Shown here piece after piece: positions 1-11,794 of a stretch of DNA of 64,000 nucleotides. A model generated the notes under the pieces. That model searched no databases, was not told the DNA's origin, and saw only the letters and a program-made list of their open reading frames with translations. A program made the position numbers and the translations under genes. Every line of letters starts with the position of its first letter. Within the stretch, counting starts at the first letter, position 1. Source of the stretch: Mobula hypostoma (Eukaryota); the NCBI RefSeq assembly GCF_963921235.1, contig NC_086108.1, positions 6,510,001 through 6,574,000 of the forward strand, in the 5' to 3' direction.

Positions 1-37
1 GTGCAGTAGCCCCTCCCCACCATCCCCACCGCCCCAG

Positions 38-1635
38 GCTTCTGTACCTCCTACCTGATGGTTACAGTGAGAAAAGGGCATGTCCTGGTGCTGGAGGTTT
101 TTAATAATGGACACTGCCTTTCTGAGACACCGCTCCCTAAAGATGTCCTAGGTACTTTGTAGGCTAGTGTCCAAGATGGAGCTGACGAGATTTACTACCT
201 TCTACAGCTTCTTTCAGTCCTGTGCAGTAGCCCCTCCATACCAGACAGTGATGCAGCCTGTCAGAATGCTCTCCACAGTAAAACTATACAAGTTTTTGAG
301 TGTATTTGTTGACATGCCAAATCTCTTCAAACTCCTAATAAAGTATAGCCGCTGTCTTGCCTTCTTTATGACTACATCAATGTGTTGGGACCGGGTTAGA
401 TCCTCAGAGATCTTGACACCCAGAAACTTGAAGCTGCTCACACTCTCCACTTCTGATCCCTCTATGAGGATTGGTATAGAAACATAGAAACATAGAAAAT
501 AGGTGCAGGAGTAGGCCATTCGGCCCTTCGAGCCTGCACCGCCATTTATTATGATCATGGCTGATCCTCCAACTCAGAACCCCGCCCCAGCCTTCCCTCC
601 ATACCCCCTGATCCCCGTAGCCACAAGGGCCATATCTAACTCCCTCTTAAATATAGCCAATGAACTGGCCTCAACTGTTTCCTGTGGCAGAGAATTCCAC
701 AGATTCACCACTCTCTGTGTGAAGAAGTTTTTCCTAATCTCGGTCCTAAAAGGCTTCCCCTCTATCCTCAAACTGTGGCCCCTCGTTCTGGACTTCCCCA
801 ACATCGGGAACAATCTTCCTGCATCTAGCCTGTCCAATCCCTTTAGGATTTTATACGTATGTGTTCCTTCGTCTTACCCTTCCTGAAGTCCACAATCAGC
901 TCTTTCTTCTTACTGACATTGAGTGCCAGGTTGTTGCTGTGACACCACTCCACTAGTTGGCATATCTCACTCCTGTACGCCCTCTCGTCACCACCTGAGA
1001 TTCCACCAACAATGGTTGTATCATCAGCATATTTGTAGATGGTATTTGAGCTATGCCTAGCCACACAGTCATGTGTAGACAGAGAGTAGAGCGGTGGGCT
1101 AAGCACACACCCCTGAGGTGTGCCAGTGTTGATCGTCAGCGAGGAGGATATGTTATCACCAATCTGCACAGATTGTGGTCTTCCAGTTAGGAAGTTGAGG
1201 ATCCAATTGCAGAGGGAGGTACAGAGGCCCAGGTTCTGCAACTTCTCAATCAGGATAGTAGGAATGGTGATATTAAATGCTGGGCTATAGTCGATGAACG
1301 GCATCCTGATGTAGGTGTTTGTGTTGTCCAGGTGGTCTAAAGTCATGTGGAGAGCCACTGAGTTTGTCTCTGCCGTTGACCTATTGTGGCGATAGGCAAA
1401 TTGCAATGGGTCCAGGCCCTTGCTGAGGCAGGAGTTCCGTCTAGTCATGACCAACTTCTCAAAAGTATTTCATCACTGTCGATGTCAGTGCTACCGGGCG
1501 ATAGTCATTAAGGCAGCCCACAATATTCTCCTTTGGCACTGGTATAATTGTTGCCTTTTTGAAGCAAGTGGGAACTTCTGCTCGTAGCAATGAAAGGTTG
1601 AAAATGTCCTTGAATACTCCCACTAGTCGGTTGGC
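38..1635 (-). mobile_element. Rex1/Babar-type LINE, RT and C-terminal part, decayed
   Basis: ORFs 1459-1680, 843-1454 ([20 protein letters not shown]) and 214-558 (FKFLGV, ESILTGCITVWYG); split by a CR1 tail. Confidence 0.85.
478..856 (-). mobile_element. CR1 LINE 3' end nested in Rex-Babar
   Basis: TRGHSL..RKNFFTQRVVNLWNSLP; (TTTCTATG)n tail; host LINE resumes on both sides, GTAT repeated at junctions. Confidence 0.88.
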
Positions 1636-1980
1636 CAAGGATATGTTGGGCCCAGGATAGATCCTTCGAGATATTGACACCCCAGAACTTGAAATTGCTC
1701 ACTCCTTCCACTTCTGTTCCCTCTATGAGGACTGGTGTGTGTTCCCTCATCTTATCCTTTCTGAAGTCCACAATCAGCTCTTTGGTCTTGTTGACTTTGT
1801 TGTTCCTGCGACACCACTCAACTAGCTGATATATCTCACTTCTGTACACCCTCTGAATTTCTGCCAACAATAGTTGCATTATAAGCAAATTTCTTGATGG
1901 CATTTGAGCTGTGCCTAGCCACCCAGTCATGGGTGTTGAGAGAGTAGAGCACGTATCCCTGGTGTGTGTCAGTGCTGATC
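1636..1980 (-). mobile_element. Second Rex-Babar RT fragment
   Basis: ORF 1508-1930 [20 protein letters not shown]. Confidence 0.75.
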
Positions 1981-1984
1981 ATGG

Positions 1985-2600
1985 AGGTTCAACTAAGCTA
2001 GAAATGTATCTTGATGATTCTCATTTGTACTCGGTGTCTGAGGCTTCTCACTTAAGTGTCCAACGATAATCAGCCAGCACTGATGGATTCTAGTTACCCC
2101 AATACCGTTTCTCCATGACTGCAATGTCCTGGTGAAACCTTTCACCATGCTCATCACTGACAGCACCAAGATTGCAGGGAAGAAGTCTAAATGGGAATGC
2201 AGAAAATGAATCTTTAGTGACATGTTGCACCTCATGGTTTTGTATGCTTGAAACATGTTGTCAACCAGCTGCATGTAGTTTGATGCTCTGTAGTTGCCAA
2301 GAAAATTTTCAACAACATCCTTGAATGCCTTCCATGTGATTTTCTCCGGTCCCACTAGAAGTTCTTCGAATTGCCTGTTATTGATGACCTGTTTGATTTG
2401 TGGACCAACAAAAATGCCTTCCTTAATCTTGGCATCAATTATTCTGACTTGAATTATGAATTGAAATAACAAATATAGGTGACTTTAAAAAAAATGTGCA
2501 TGATAAGGATATTTCATGGTGGATTTTCATGATCAGCAGCCCAAAATCCATAAGATACGCCCAAAAGTATTCAGGAAGCAAAATCTTTGCTGTCCTGAGT
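1985..2600 (-). mobile_element. Chapaev3-like (CMC) DNA transposon remnant
   Basis: AKIKEGIFVGPQIK..FLGNYRA..CNMSLKIHFLHSHLDFFP motif of Chapaev3 transposase C-terminus, frameshifted. Confidence 0.8.
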
Positions 2601-3445
2601 ATTCAAGGAATAGACTGTGTAAAGGTTTTAGGTAAGACTTTTGCACAGACTGCAGTAATTTTATGTATTGCACTGTACTGCTGCCACAAAAGAAACAAAT
2701 TTCATGAAGTATGTGGGTAATGATAAACCTAAGTCTGATATGGGTCTCTATTAGGGATTGAGAGTGGGAATGGGACAAGGAGAGGGAATCATGGTTAGGA
2801 AAAAGGGAGGAGAAGTGAGAGGGGAGAAAGTAGGAAGCACCAGAGAGGCATTCTGTAATGATCAATAAACCAATTATTTGGAATCAAATGACTTTGCCTG
2901 GTGTCTCAGGGCTGGGTGTGTCTGCACCCATGACACTGCCTGTCCCTGGCACTCTCTCTCTGCCATCTGTCCAACCCCTCTCCCATGGCACTCCACCCTC
3001 ACCATTCCCAACATCATTTGCTCTCACCAAATGTACAAACTGGCTCTCCACTCCACATTGACAAATGCTGTACTGTGCAAAAGTCTCGGGCACCCTGGCT
3101 GCGGTGTGTATGTGTGTGTATATAAAAAAAAGTATCGAATGCTTAGGACTTTTGCATAGGACTGTACATAGCAGGAATATTAGGCATTATGGCAAGTAGG
3201 TAGATGGAGCTGAGTCCACTGCCAAATCAGAATGGCCATATTGAATGGTGGAGTAGGCTCGATGGGACAAAATGGCTGACTCCTGCTCCTAGTTCTTATG
3301 CAGAATTTGAACCCACAACCTCCAGAAGCAACATACAACACACACAGCCGCGGCTGACAGTTAAATGACTGTGTGCGAGTGGGTTATTTTCCACCCTGGT
3401 GCTGTTTAATCAGATGGTTCTTTTGTGTGTGTTTGCTTCAATGAG

Positions 3446-3612
3446 GATGTCCATTGAGGACTTCAAGAAACATTTTTCTTGCGTGGAGATTTGCCATTTA
3501 AGTCTGGATCTGCTCTCCAACCCAGATGGGAAGCTGAAACCCTGGGTCCAAATGATCTACGAGGGTCGCTGGATTCGGGGCTTCTCTGCTGGAGGCAATT
3601 TACACTACAAAG
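3446..3612 (+). CDS. Classical calpain exon A (end of protease core PC2 / start of CBSW domain)
   Basis: AG at 3444-45, GT donor at 3613; encodes (W)MSIEDFKKHFSCVEICHL...WVQMIYEGRWIRGFSAGGNLHYK, matching calpain W-MS..DF...F..LEIC.L...W....GRW..G.SAGG; ends phase 1. Confidence 0.92.
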
Positions 3613-3779
3613 GTAGGACGCACGCACTGAGCGTCAGATGTTGTCTCCATCACTCTACCGTCCGGGTGGGTGATCAGAGCAACATCAGGGGTGCCCCACT
3701 CTGGAGCAAGGAAGGTCAGCAGGATTTTCATCCCTGAACCAGTCTCACTCCTGTATTTACCCTGTGAGGACCCCTTCCC

Positions 3780-4355
3780 TCTTCCACCACCCCTGAACCA
3801 AGGTCTCCCGGTGGCCACCCATTTCAATTCTGCTTTTCATTCCCATTCTGACATGTCAGTCCTTGGCCTCCTCTACTGCAGCGATGAGGCCACACTCAGG
3901 CTTGAGGAGCAACACCTTGTATTACGCCTGGGTAGCCTCCAACCTGGTGGCATGAGTATCGATTTCTTGAACTTCTGGTAGTGTCCCCACCCCTCCTTTC
4001 TGTTCACCATTCCCCATTCCCATTTCCCTCTCTCACCTTATCTCCTTACCTGCTCATCACCTCCCTCTGGTGCTCCCCCCCCCTTCCCTTCCTTCCATGG
4101 TCTTCTGTGTTCTCCCATCAGATTCCCCCTCCTCCAGCCCTATATCTCTTTCACCAATCAAGTTCCCAGCTCTTTACTTCACCCCTTTCCCCTTCTCTGG
4201 GTTTCGCCTGTCACCTACTACCTTGTACTTCTTCCTCCCCTCCCCCCCCCACCTTCTTTCGCTGACTTCTCGCCTTCCTTTCCAGACCTGAAGAAGGGTT
4301 TCTGCTGAAGCATTAGCTGCCTGGCCTGCTGAGTTCCTCCAGCGGTTTGTGTGTG
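3780..4355 (+). mobile_element. Penelope-like element 3' remnant
   Basis: LPVATHFN..H.HSDMSVLGL..LEEQHL..RLGSLQPGGM (GIY-YIG C-terminus), pyrimidine-rich tract, decayed hammerhead-like motif near 4288. Confidence 0.75.
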
Positions 4356-5589
4356 TCACCCCTGTCCTGTACACAGTGGGGACCCTTTCCGTCCTTCCTA
4401 TTTCTGTTAACTGGAGCTTAATCTGAACTGGGTTCCATTTCTAATCTGTACAAGTCCTGTCCACGCGTCATTCCCTCACTTACTGATCTCCCTACCCACG
4501 TCCAACAACACCCGATTCTATTTCTTCATTCCTGCCGACAGCCTGCACCTCCAAGCCCTGCCTTGCCTCTAATTCTGGCTCATCATCCATCACCAGCTCC
4601 ATTCAGAATTAGGTTCACTCATCACACATCCCCCAAAACATGCAGTGTACGGCCTCATCTGCGTTAACAACCAGCACATTCTGAGTGTGTGCTGGGGGCA
4701 GCCCGCAAGTGTTGCCAACACAGCATACCCACAGTGTTCAGCAGGACAACACAGAACGCAACAGGCAACAAAGACAGAGCAACAGTTTTTTAAAAAAAAA
4801 CAAGTCCCTTCCCCAAGTTCCTACCCACACAGATAGGCTTCCAACCCCAGTTCAGGCTTTGAGTGTAGCCTTGTGTGTACATTGAAACATACAGAGAAAA
4901 GCATTGTCTGTGTCATAGTCATAGGAAAGTAAAACACATAAAGGAGCCCTTCGGCCCATCTAGTCCATGCTGAGCCATTTAAACTGCCTATTCCCATTGA
5001 CCTGCACTGGGACCATAGCCCTCCATACCCCAACCATCCAGGTACCCATCCAAACTTCTCTTAAATGTTGAAATTGAGCTCACGTGCACCACTTGTGCTG
5101 GCAGCTCAGTCAACAACCAAAACGGTCTGAGGATTGTGCTGGGGGGGGCAGCCCACAAGTGTTGTAATGCCTCCAGTGCCAGAAGAGCGTGCCCACAACT
5201 CACTAACCCTAACCCTGTGGAACCGTCCTTGAAATGTCAGAGCCACTTTCTGGGAAGAAGACGCTTCGGCCCATCGAGTCAATGCCGGACTTGCAGCGTA
5301 ATCCCATTCCCCAGTGTCCTGGACGGAGACTGCCCCACTCTCTCCCCAACTTCCCATCAGTGCACCTTGCCCTCACACTAGGGGCAAATTCATAGCAGCT
5401 GAACAACCCACCGTGTCTTTGAGACGCGGGAGGAAATTGTTGCACCCGGTGGGAAACGCATACAGTCACGGGGAGAACACACAAGCTCCACACCAGTAGT
5501 GCCGGAGATCAGAATCGAGCAGAGCTCTCTGGTGCTCTGCAAGGCAGAAGCTCTACCCATTGTTGCTCTGCCCCGACCACCTCTTGAGT

Positions 5590-6075
5590 TTCAAAGTTCA
5601 AGGTAAATTTAATATCAAAATACATGTATGTCATCATGTACAACCCTGCGATATGTTTTCTTCTGGACATTCTCAATAAACCCATGATAAAATAATAACC
5701 ATAACAGAATCAGTGAAGACTGCTCCACCTTGGGCATTCAAGCAGTGTGCAGACAACAAACTGTCCAAATACAGAAAGAAAAGTTAATAATAATAAATAA
5801 ATAAGCGATAAATATCAAGAACATGAGATGTAGAGTCCTTGAAAATGAGCCCATAGGTTGTGGGAAATTTCAGTGAAGGGGCAGGTGAAGTTGAGTGAAG
5901 TTTTCCCCTCTGATTCAAGAGCCTGATGGTTGAGGGATAATAACTGTTCCTGAATCCGATGGTGAGAGTCCTGAGGCTCTTGTACCTTCTTTCTGATGGT
6001 AGCATCGAGAAGAGAGCATGGCCTGGGTGGTGGGAGTCCCAATGATGGATGATGCTTTCCTGTGACAGTATTCAA
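5590..6075 (-). mobile_element. Rex-Babar 3' end
   Basis: LPSERRYKSLRT..FRNSYYPSTIRLLN plus 3' UTR shared with other copies in the window. Confidence 0.8.
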
Positions 6076-6121
6076 CAGTTAACATAGAACCTGGGAGTGT
6101 GGTAGAGTCATAGAAAAGCAC

Positions 6122-6633
6122 AGCACAGAAACAGGCCCTTTGGCCTATCTAGTCCATGTAACCATATAACCATATAACAATTACAGCACAGAAACAGGCC
6201 CTTTGGCCTATCTAGTCCATGTAACCATATAACCATATAACAATTACAGCACAGAAACAGGCCCTTTGGCCTATCTAGTCCATGTAACCATATAACCATA
6301 TAACAATATAACAATTACAGCACAGAAACAGGCCCTTTGGCCTATCTAGTCCATGTAACCATATAACCATATAACAATTACAGCACAGAAACAGGCCCTT
6401 TGGCCTATCTAGTCCATGTAACCATATAACCATATAACAATTACAGCACGGAAACAGGCCCTTTGGCCTATCTAGTCCATGTAACCATATAACCATATAA
6501 CAATTACAGCACAGAAACAGGCCCTTTGGCCTATCTAGTCCATGTAACCATATAACCATATAACAATTACAGCACGGAAACAGGCCCTTTGGCCTATCTA
6601 GTCCATGTAACCATATAACCATATAACAATTAC
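6122..6633. repeat. 63-bp minisatellite, 8 copies
   Basis: Unit AGCACAGAAACAGGCCCTTTGGCCTATCTAGTCCATGTAACCATATAACCATATAACAATTAC starting at 6122, 6185, 6248, 6319, 6382, 6445, 6508, 6571. Confidence 0.95.
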
Positions 6634-7905
6634 AGCACGGAAACAGCCATCTCAGCCCTTCTAGTCCATGCCGAACTCTTATTCCCACCTAGTCCCACCG
6701 ACCAGCACTCAGCCCATAACCCTCCATTCCTTGCCTGTCCATATAACTATCCAATTTAACTTTAAACAACAACATCGAACCTGCCTCAACCACTTCTGCT
6801 GGAAGCTCGTTCCACACAGCTACCACACTCTGAGTAAAGAAGTTCCCCCTCATGTTACCCCTAAACTTTTGTCCTCTAATTCTCAACCCATGTCCTCTTG
6901 TTTGAATCTCCCCCACTCTCAATGGAAAAAGCCTATCCACGTCAACTCTATCTATCCCCCTCATAATTTTAAATACCTCTCTGAAGTCCCCCCTCAACCT
7001 TCTACGCTCCAAAGAATAAAGACCCAACTTGTTCAACCTTTCTCTGTAACTTAGGTGATGAAACCCAGGTAACATTCTAGTAAATCTTCTCTGTACTCCC
7101 TCTATTTTGTTGACATCTTTCCTATAATTCGGTGACCAAAACTGTGCACAATACTCCAAATTTGGCCTCACCAATGCCTTGTACAATTTCAACATTACAT
7201 CCCAACTCCTATACTCAATGCTCTGATTTATAAAGGCCAGCATACCAAAAGCTTTCTTCACCACCCTATCCACATGAGATTCCACCTTCAGAGAACTATG
7301 CACCATTATTCCTAGATCCCTCTGTTCTACTGCATTCTTCAATGCCCTACCATTTACCATGTATGTCCTATTTTGATTAGTCCCACCAAAATGTAGCACC
7401 TCACATTTATCAGCATTAAACTCCATCTGCCATCTTTCAGCCCACTCTTCTAACCGGACTAAATTTCTCTGCAAGCTTTGAAAACCTACATCATTATCCA
7501 CAACTCCACCTATCTTAGTATCATCTGCAGACTTACTCATCCAATTTACCACCCCATCGTCCAGATCATTAATGTGTATGACAAACAACATTGGACCCAG
7601 TACAGATCCCTGAGGCACACCACTAGTCACTGGCCTCCAATCTGACACACAGTTATCCACCACCACTCTCTGGTGTCTCCCATCCAGCCACTGCTGAATT
7701 CATTTTACTACTTCAGTATTAATACCTAACAATTGAACCTTCCTAACTAACCTTCCATGTGGGACCTTGTCAAAGGCCTTACTGAAGTCCATATAGACAA
7801 CATCCACCGCTTTACCCTCGTCAACTTTCCTAGTAACCTCTTCAAAAAATTCAATAAGATTTGTCAAACATAACCTTCCACGCACAAATCCATGTTGACT
7901 GTTCC
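6634..7905 (-). mobile_element. CR1 LINE, 5'-truncated (RT C-half)
   Basis: ORFs 7700-7885 and 6689-7666 (DFSKAFD, VPQGSVLGP, SADD, TRGH); same family as 48099-51568. Confidence 0.95.
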
Positions 7906-8026
7906 GTTAAAACTGCATACTCCCATCGACCTGCACCAGGACCATGGCCCTCCATACCCCTACCATCCATGTACCTATCCAAACATCTGTAAGTCTTGGA
8001 ATCAAGCTCACACATGCACCACTTGA

Positions 8027-8437
8027 ACTGACAGTAAACACAAAGTACTCTGCAGATGCTGGTGTCAAAGCAACACTCACAACACGCTGGAAGAACTCAG
8101 CAGGTCGGGCAGCATCCGTGGAAACGATCAGTCAATGTTTCGGGCCGCCTCCACCTCCTTCTACTACCCATTGTGTTTTCCCCTATTCCCTCTTCACCTT
8201 TCCTGCCTATCCCCTCTCTGCTTCCCCTCCCCCACCCCTTTATCTATCCCCTTACTGGTTTTTCACCCGGAACCTACCAGCCTTCTCCTTCCCACCCTCC
8301 CCCCACCTTCTTTATAGGGCCTCTGCCCCTTCCCGCTACAGTCCTGACGAAGGGTTCCAGCCCGAAACGTCGACTGATCTTTTCCGCGGATGCTGCCCGA
8401 CCTGCTGAGTTCCTCCAGCGTGTTGTGAGTGTTGCTT
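8027..8437 (+). mobile_element. Penelope-derived non-autonomous element with inverted terminal segments
   Basis: Inverted arms 8068-8145 / 8360-8437; interrupts a CR1 3' segment (..CACCACTTG | CTTGCGCTGGCAGC..). Confidence 0.75.
8339..8376 (+). ncRNA. Minimal type I hammerhead ribozyme motif (PLE type)
   Basis: Stem I CAGTC/GACTG, core CTGACGA, A, stem II GGG-TTCCAG-CCC, GAAA, CG, TC cleavage site (after 8371). Confidence 0.8.
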
Positions 8438-9114
8438 GCGCTGGCAGCTCGTCCACGCTCTCACCATCCTCTGAGTGAAGAAGTTTCCCCTCATGTTCCC
8501 CTTAAATATTTCACCTTTCACCCTTAACCCATGACCTCTAGTTGCAGTTCCTCCCAACCTTGTTAAAACTAACATGACCCTTGAGTGGATGAAGGGTTGT
8601 GCTTGCCTGGTTTCTGATGCTTTCTGCTCCCTGGGTTGAGGAATGAGCTGTTTGGGGTGCTTATTATTTATTTATATGGAGATACAACACGGTACAGGCC
8701 ATTCTGATCCAACAAGCCTGCACTACCCAGTTACACCCATGTAACCGATTAACCCACAAGACCATAAGATATATGTGGGAGCAGAATTTGGCCATTTTGG
8801 ACAATCGAGACTGCTCTGCCACTTCTTCATCAAGGCTGATCCATTTCTCTCTCAGCCCCAATCTCCTGCCTTCTCCCTATATCCCTTCATGCCCTGACTA
8901 ATCAAGAATCTATCAACCTCGGCCTTAAATATACCCTACGATTTGGCCTCCTGTGGCTCCCCCACCAAAGGAAACATCCACTGCATCGAGGCCTTTCAAC
9001 TTTAGGTAGATTATTGACGTCACCCTTCATTTTTCTGAATTCCAGTGAGTACAGGCTCAGAGCCATCAAACACTCTTCATACGACAAGCCACTCAATCCT
9101 GGAATCATTTCAAG

Positions 9115-9270
9115 CATGTACGTCTTTGGACTGTGGGAGGAAACCGGAGCACCCGGAGAAAACCATGTGCTCACAGGGAGAACGTACAAACTCCTTACAG
9201 GCAGGAGCGGGAATTGAACCCGGGTTGCCGGTATTGTAAGGGGGTTGTGCTAACCACTGCTCTACCGTGC
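9115..9270 (-). mobile_element. V-SINE (HE1-like); further copies near 5390, 9930, 29535, 37570, 40620, 53120, 55530, 56590, 63330
   Basis: Reverse complement of GGGTGCTCCGGTTTCCTCCCACAGTCCAAAGACGT V-domain plus B-box-like GGTTCAATTCC. Confidence 0.75.
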
Positions 9271-9364
9271 CACGGCTTTAATGGGTTCTATTGGCTGACG
9301 CTGTAATAGCATCACGCTACTGTGCCGCCCCTTTACGCGATTCCCTTTGCCTTGTTGCTCTCAG

Positions 9365-9537
9365 ACAAGTACTACTGGATGAACCCACAGTTTAAACTCA
9401 CCCTGCTGGAAGAGGACGATGATTCAGAGGACGCTGAGGTGAGCTGTACCTTCCTGGTGGTCCTAATGCAGAAACACAGGCGAAGGATACAGCTGACGGG
9501 AGTCAACTTCCTGTACATCGGCTTTGACATCTTCCAG
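9365..9537 (+). CDS. Calpain exon B (CBSW/C2-like domain with acidic loop)
   Basis: ctctcAG|AC..CAG|GTGAGG; (D)[40 protein letters not shown]...IGFDIFQ; phase matches exon A. Confidence 0.95.
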
Positions 9538-9620
9538 GTGAGGTCACGCCGCACGGCCTCATTCTTACTTCACCCGCCTCCGACTCTCTCTCTCCTCACT
9601 CCCTCCATCCTCCTCTGCAG

Positions 9621-9829
9621 GGAGACCCCGCGAAGGCTTTCCTGACGTTTGAGGACCTGCAGAGGACGGCGCCCTTGCTGTCCACGAAGGAGCACAGAAA
9701 CACCAGTGAGGTGACGCTACGAGGCCGCCTCCCGCCTGGACATTACATCATCATCCCGTCCACGGCCAACCCCAACGAGGAGGGTGAATTCCTTCTACGG
9801 GTCTTTACTGAGAAGGGTAACCTAGCCAA
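9621..9829 (+). CDS. Calpain exon C (CBSW domain)
   Basis: ctctgc[21 protein letters not shown]...[40 protein letters not shown]; ends phase 2. Confidence 0.95.
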
Positions 9830-10503
9830 GTAAGCAAGAGGATTTTTGTCCCAAAATCGGGCTACGGAGAGTTGAATTCAATTATCTATCCATCTATCTA
9901 TCTTTTTATCTACCTGTCTATCAGAATAGGCCCTTCTGGCCCTTCGAACCGCGGCGCCCAGCAATCCCCCGATTTAACCCGAGCCTAACCATGGTACAAT
10001 TTACAATGACCAATTATCCTACTAACTTGTACATCTTTGGACTGTGGGAGGAAATTGGGGCACCCGGAGGAAACCCACACAGTTACGGGGAGGACATAGA
10101 CAGCGGTGGGAATTGAACTTGTGTTAACCTATGTTAGGTTGGGCAAGGATGGCCCGGTAGTGTAGTGGTTAGTGTAATGCTTTACCGTACCACGAATGAT
10201 AGTACAGGGTTCAATTCCCACCACTGTCTGTGAGGTGTTCGTATGTTGTCCTGAGCAGCGCGCAGAGTGCTGGAGGAACTCAGCCCAAAACATTGACTAT
10301 TTACCCTCTTCCATGGATGCTGCCTGGCCTGCTGAGCTCCCCCAGCATTTTGTGTGTGTTTCCCTGATGATATTGCTGGCCTTCTCGTGGCAACGCACCG
10401 TGACGATGGGCTGGATGGAAGGGGATAACAAGCCGGTGATGGAAGGGGGCTGTTTACCACTTGCCGTGGGTTACGTTGGCCCTGAGCAGAGCAGTTGCCA
10501 GAA

Positions 10504-11794
10504 CCAGGCCTCAATGCTAGTGGAGGGAGAGAAACACCACCAGACCTCAATGCTAGTGGAGGGAGAGAAACACCACCAGGCCTCAATGCTAGTGGAGGGA
10601 GAGAAACACCACCAGGCCTCAATGCTAGTGGAGGGAGAGAAACACCACCAGGCCTCAATGCTAGTGGAGGGAGAAAAACACCACCAGGCCTCAATGCTAG
10701 TGGAGGGAGAGAAAGGCTACCAGGCCTCAATGCTAGTGGAGGGAGAGAAACACCACCAGGCCTCAATGCTAGTGGAGGGAGAGAAACACCACCAGGCCTC
10801 AATGCTAGTGGAGGGAGAGAAAGGCTACCAGGCCTCGGTGCTAGTGGAGGGAGAGAAAGGCTACCAGGGCTCAATGCTAGTGGAGGGAGAGAAACACCAC
10901 CAGGCCTCAATGCTAGTGGAGGGAGAGAAAGGCTACCAGGCCTCAATGCTAGTGGAGGGAGAGAAACACCACCAGGCCTCAATGCTAGTGGAGGGAGAGA
11001 AACACCACCAGGCCTCGGTGCTAGTGGAGGGAGAGAAAGGCTACCACGCCTCAATGCTAGTGGAGGGAGAGAAACACCACCAGGCCTCAATGCTAGTGGA
11101 GGGAGAGAAAGGCTACCAGGCCTCAATGCTAGTGGAGGGAGAGAAAGGCTACCAGGCCTCGGTGCTAGTGGAGGGAGAGAAAGGCTACCAGGCCTCGGTG
11201 CTAGTGGAGGGAGAGAAAGGCTACCAGGCCTCAATGCTAGTGGAGGGAGAGAAACACCACCAGGCCTCAATGCTAGTGGAGGGAGAGAAAGGCTACCAGG
11301 CCTCGGTGCTAGTGGAGGGAGAGAAAGGCTACCAGGCCTCAATGCTAGTGGAGGGAGAGAAACACCACCAGGCCTCAATGCTAGTGGAGGGAGAGAAAGG
11401 CTACCAGGCCTCGGTGCTAGTGGAGGGAGAGAAAGGCTACCAGGCCTCAATGCTAGTGGAGGGAGAGAAACACCACCAGGCCTCAATGCTAGTGGAGGGA
11501 GAGAAAGGCTACCAGGCCTCGGTGCTAGTGGAGGGAGAGAAACACCACCAGGCCACAATGCTAGTGGAGGGAGAGAAACACCACCAGGCCTCAATGCTAG
11601 TGGAGGGAGAAAAACACCACCAGGCCTCGGTGCTAGTGGAGGGAGAGAAACACCACCAGGCCTCAATGCTAGTGGAGGGAGAGAAACACCACCAGGCCTC
11701 AATGCTAGTGGAGGGAGAAAAACACCACCAGGCCTCAATGCTAGTGGAAGGAGAGAAACACCACCAGGCCTCAATGCTAGTGGAGGGAGAGAAA
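10504..11794. repeat. 36-bp minisatellite, about 36 copies
   Basis: Unit CCAGGCCTC(AA/GG)TGCTAGTGGAGGGAGAGAAA(CACCA/GGCTA). Confidence 0.97.

Noticed and set aside
3399..3737. ORF-track start and end for the first calpain segment (likewise 9322-9645)
   Set aside because: Calpain similarity is confined between splice sites; the flanking residues are intron read-through.
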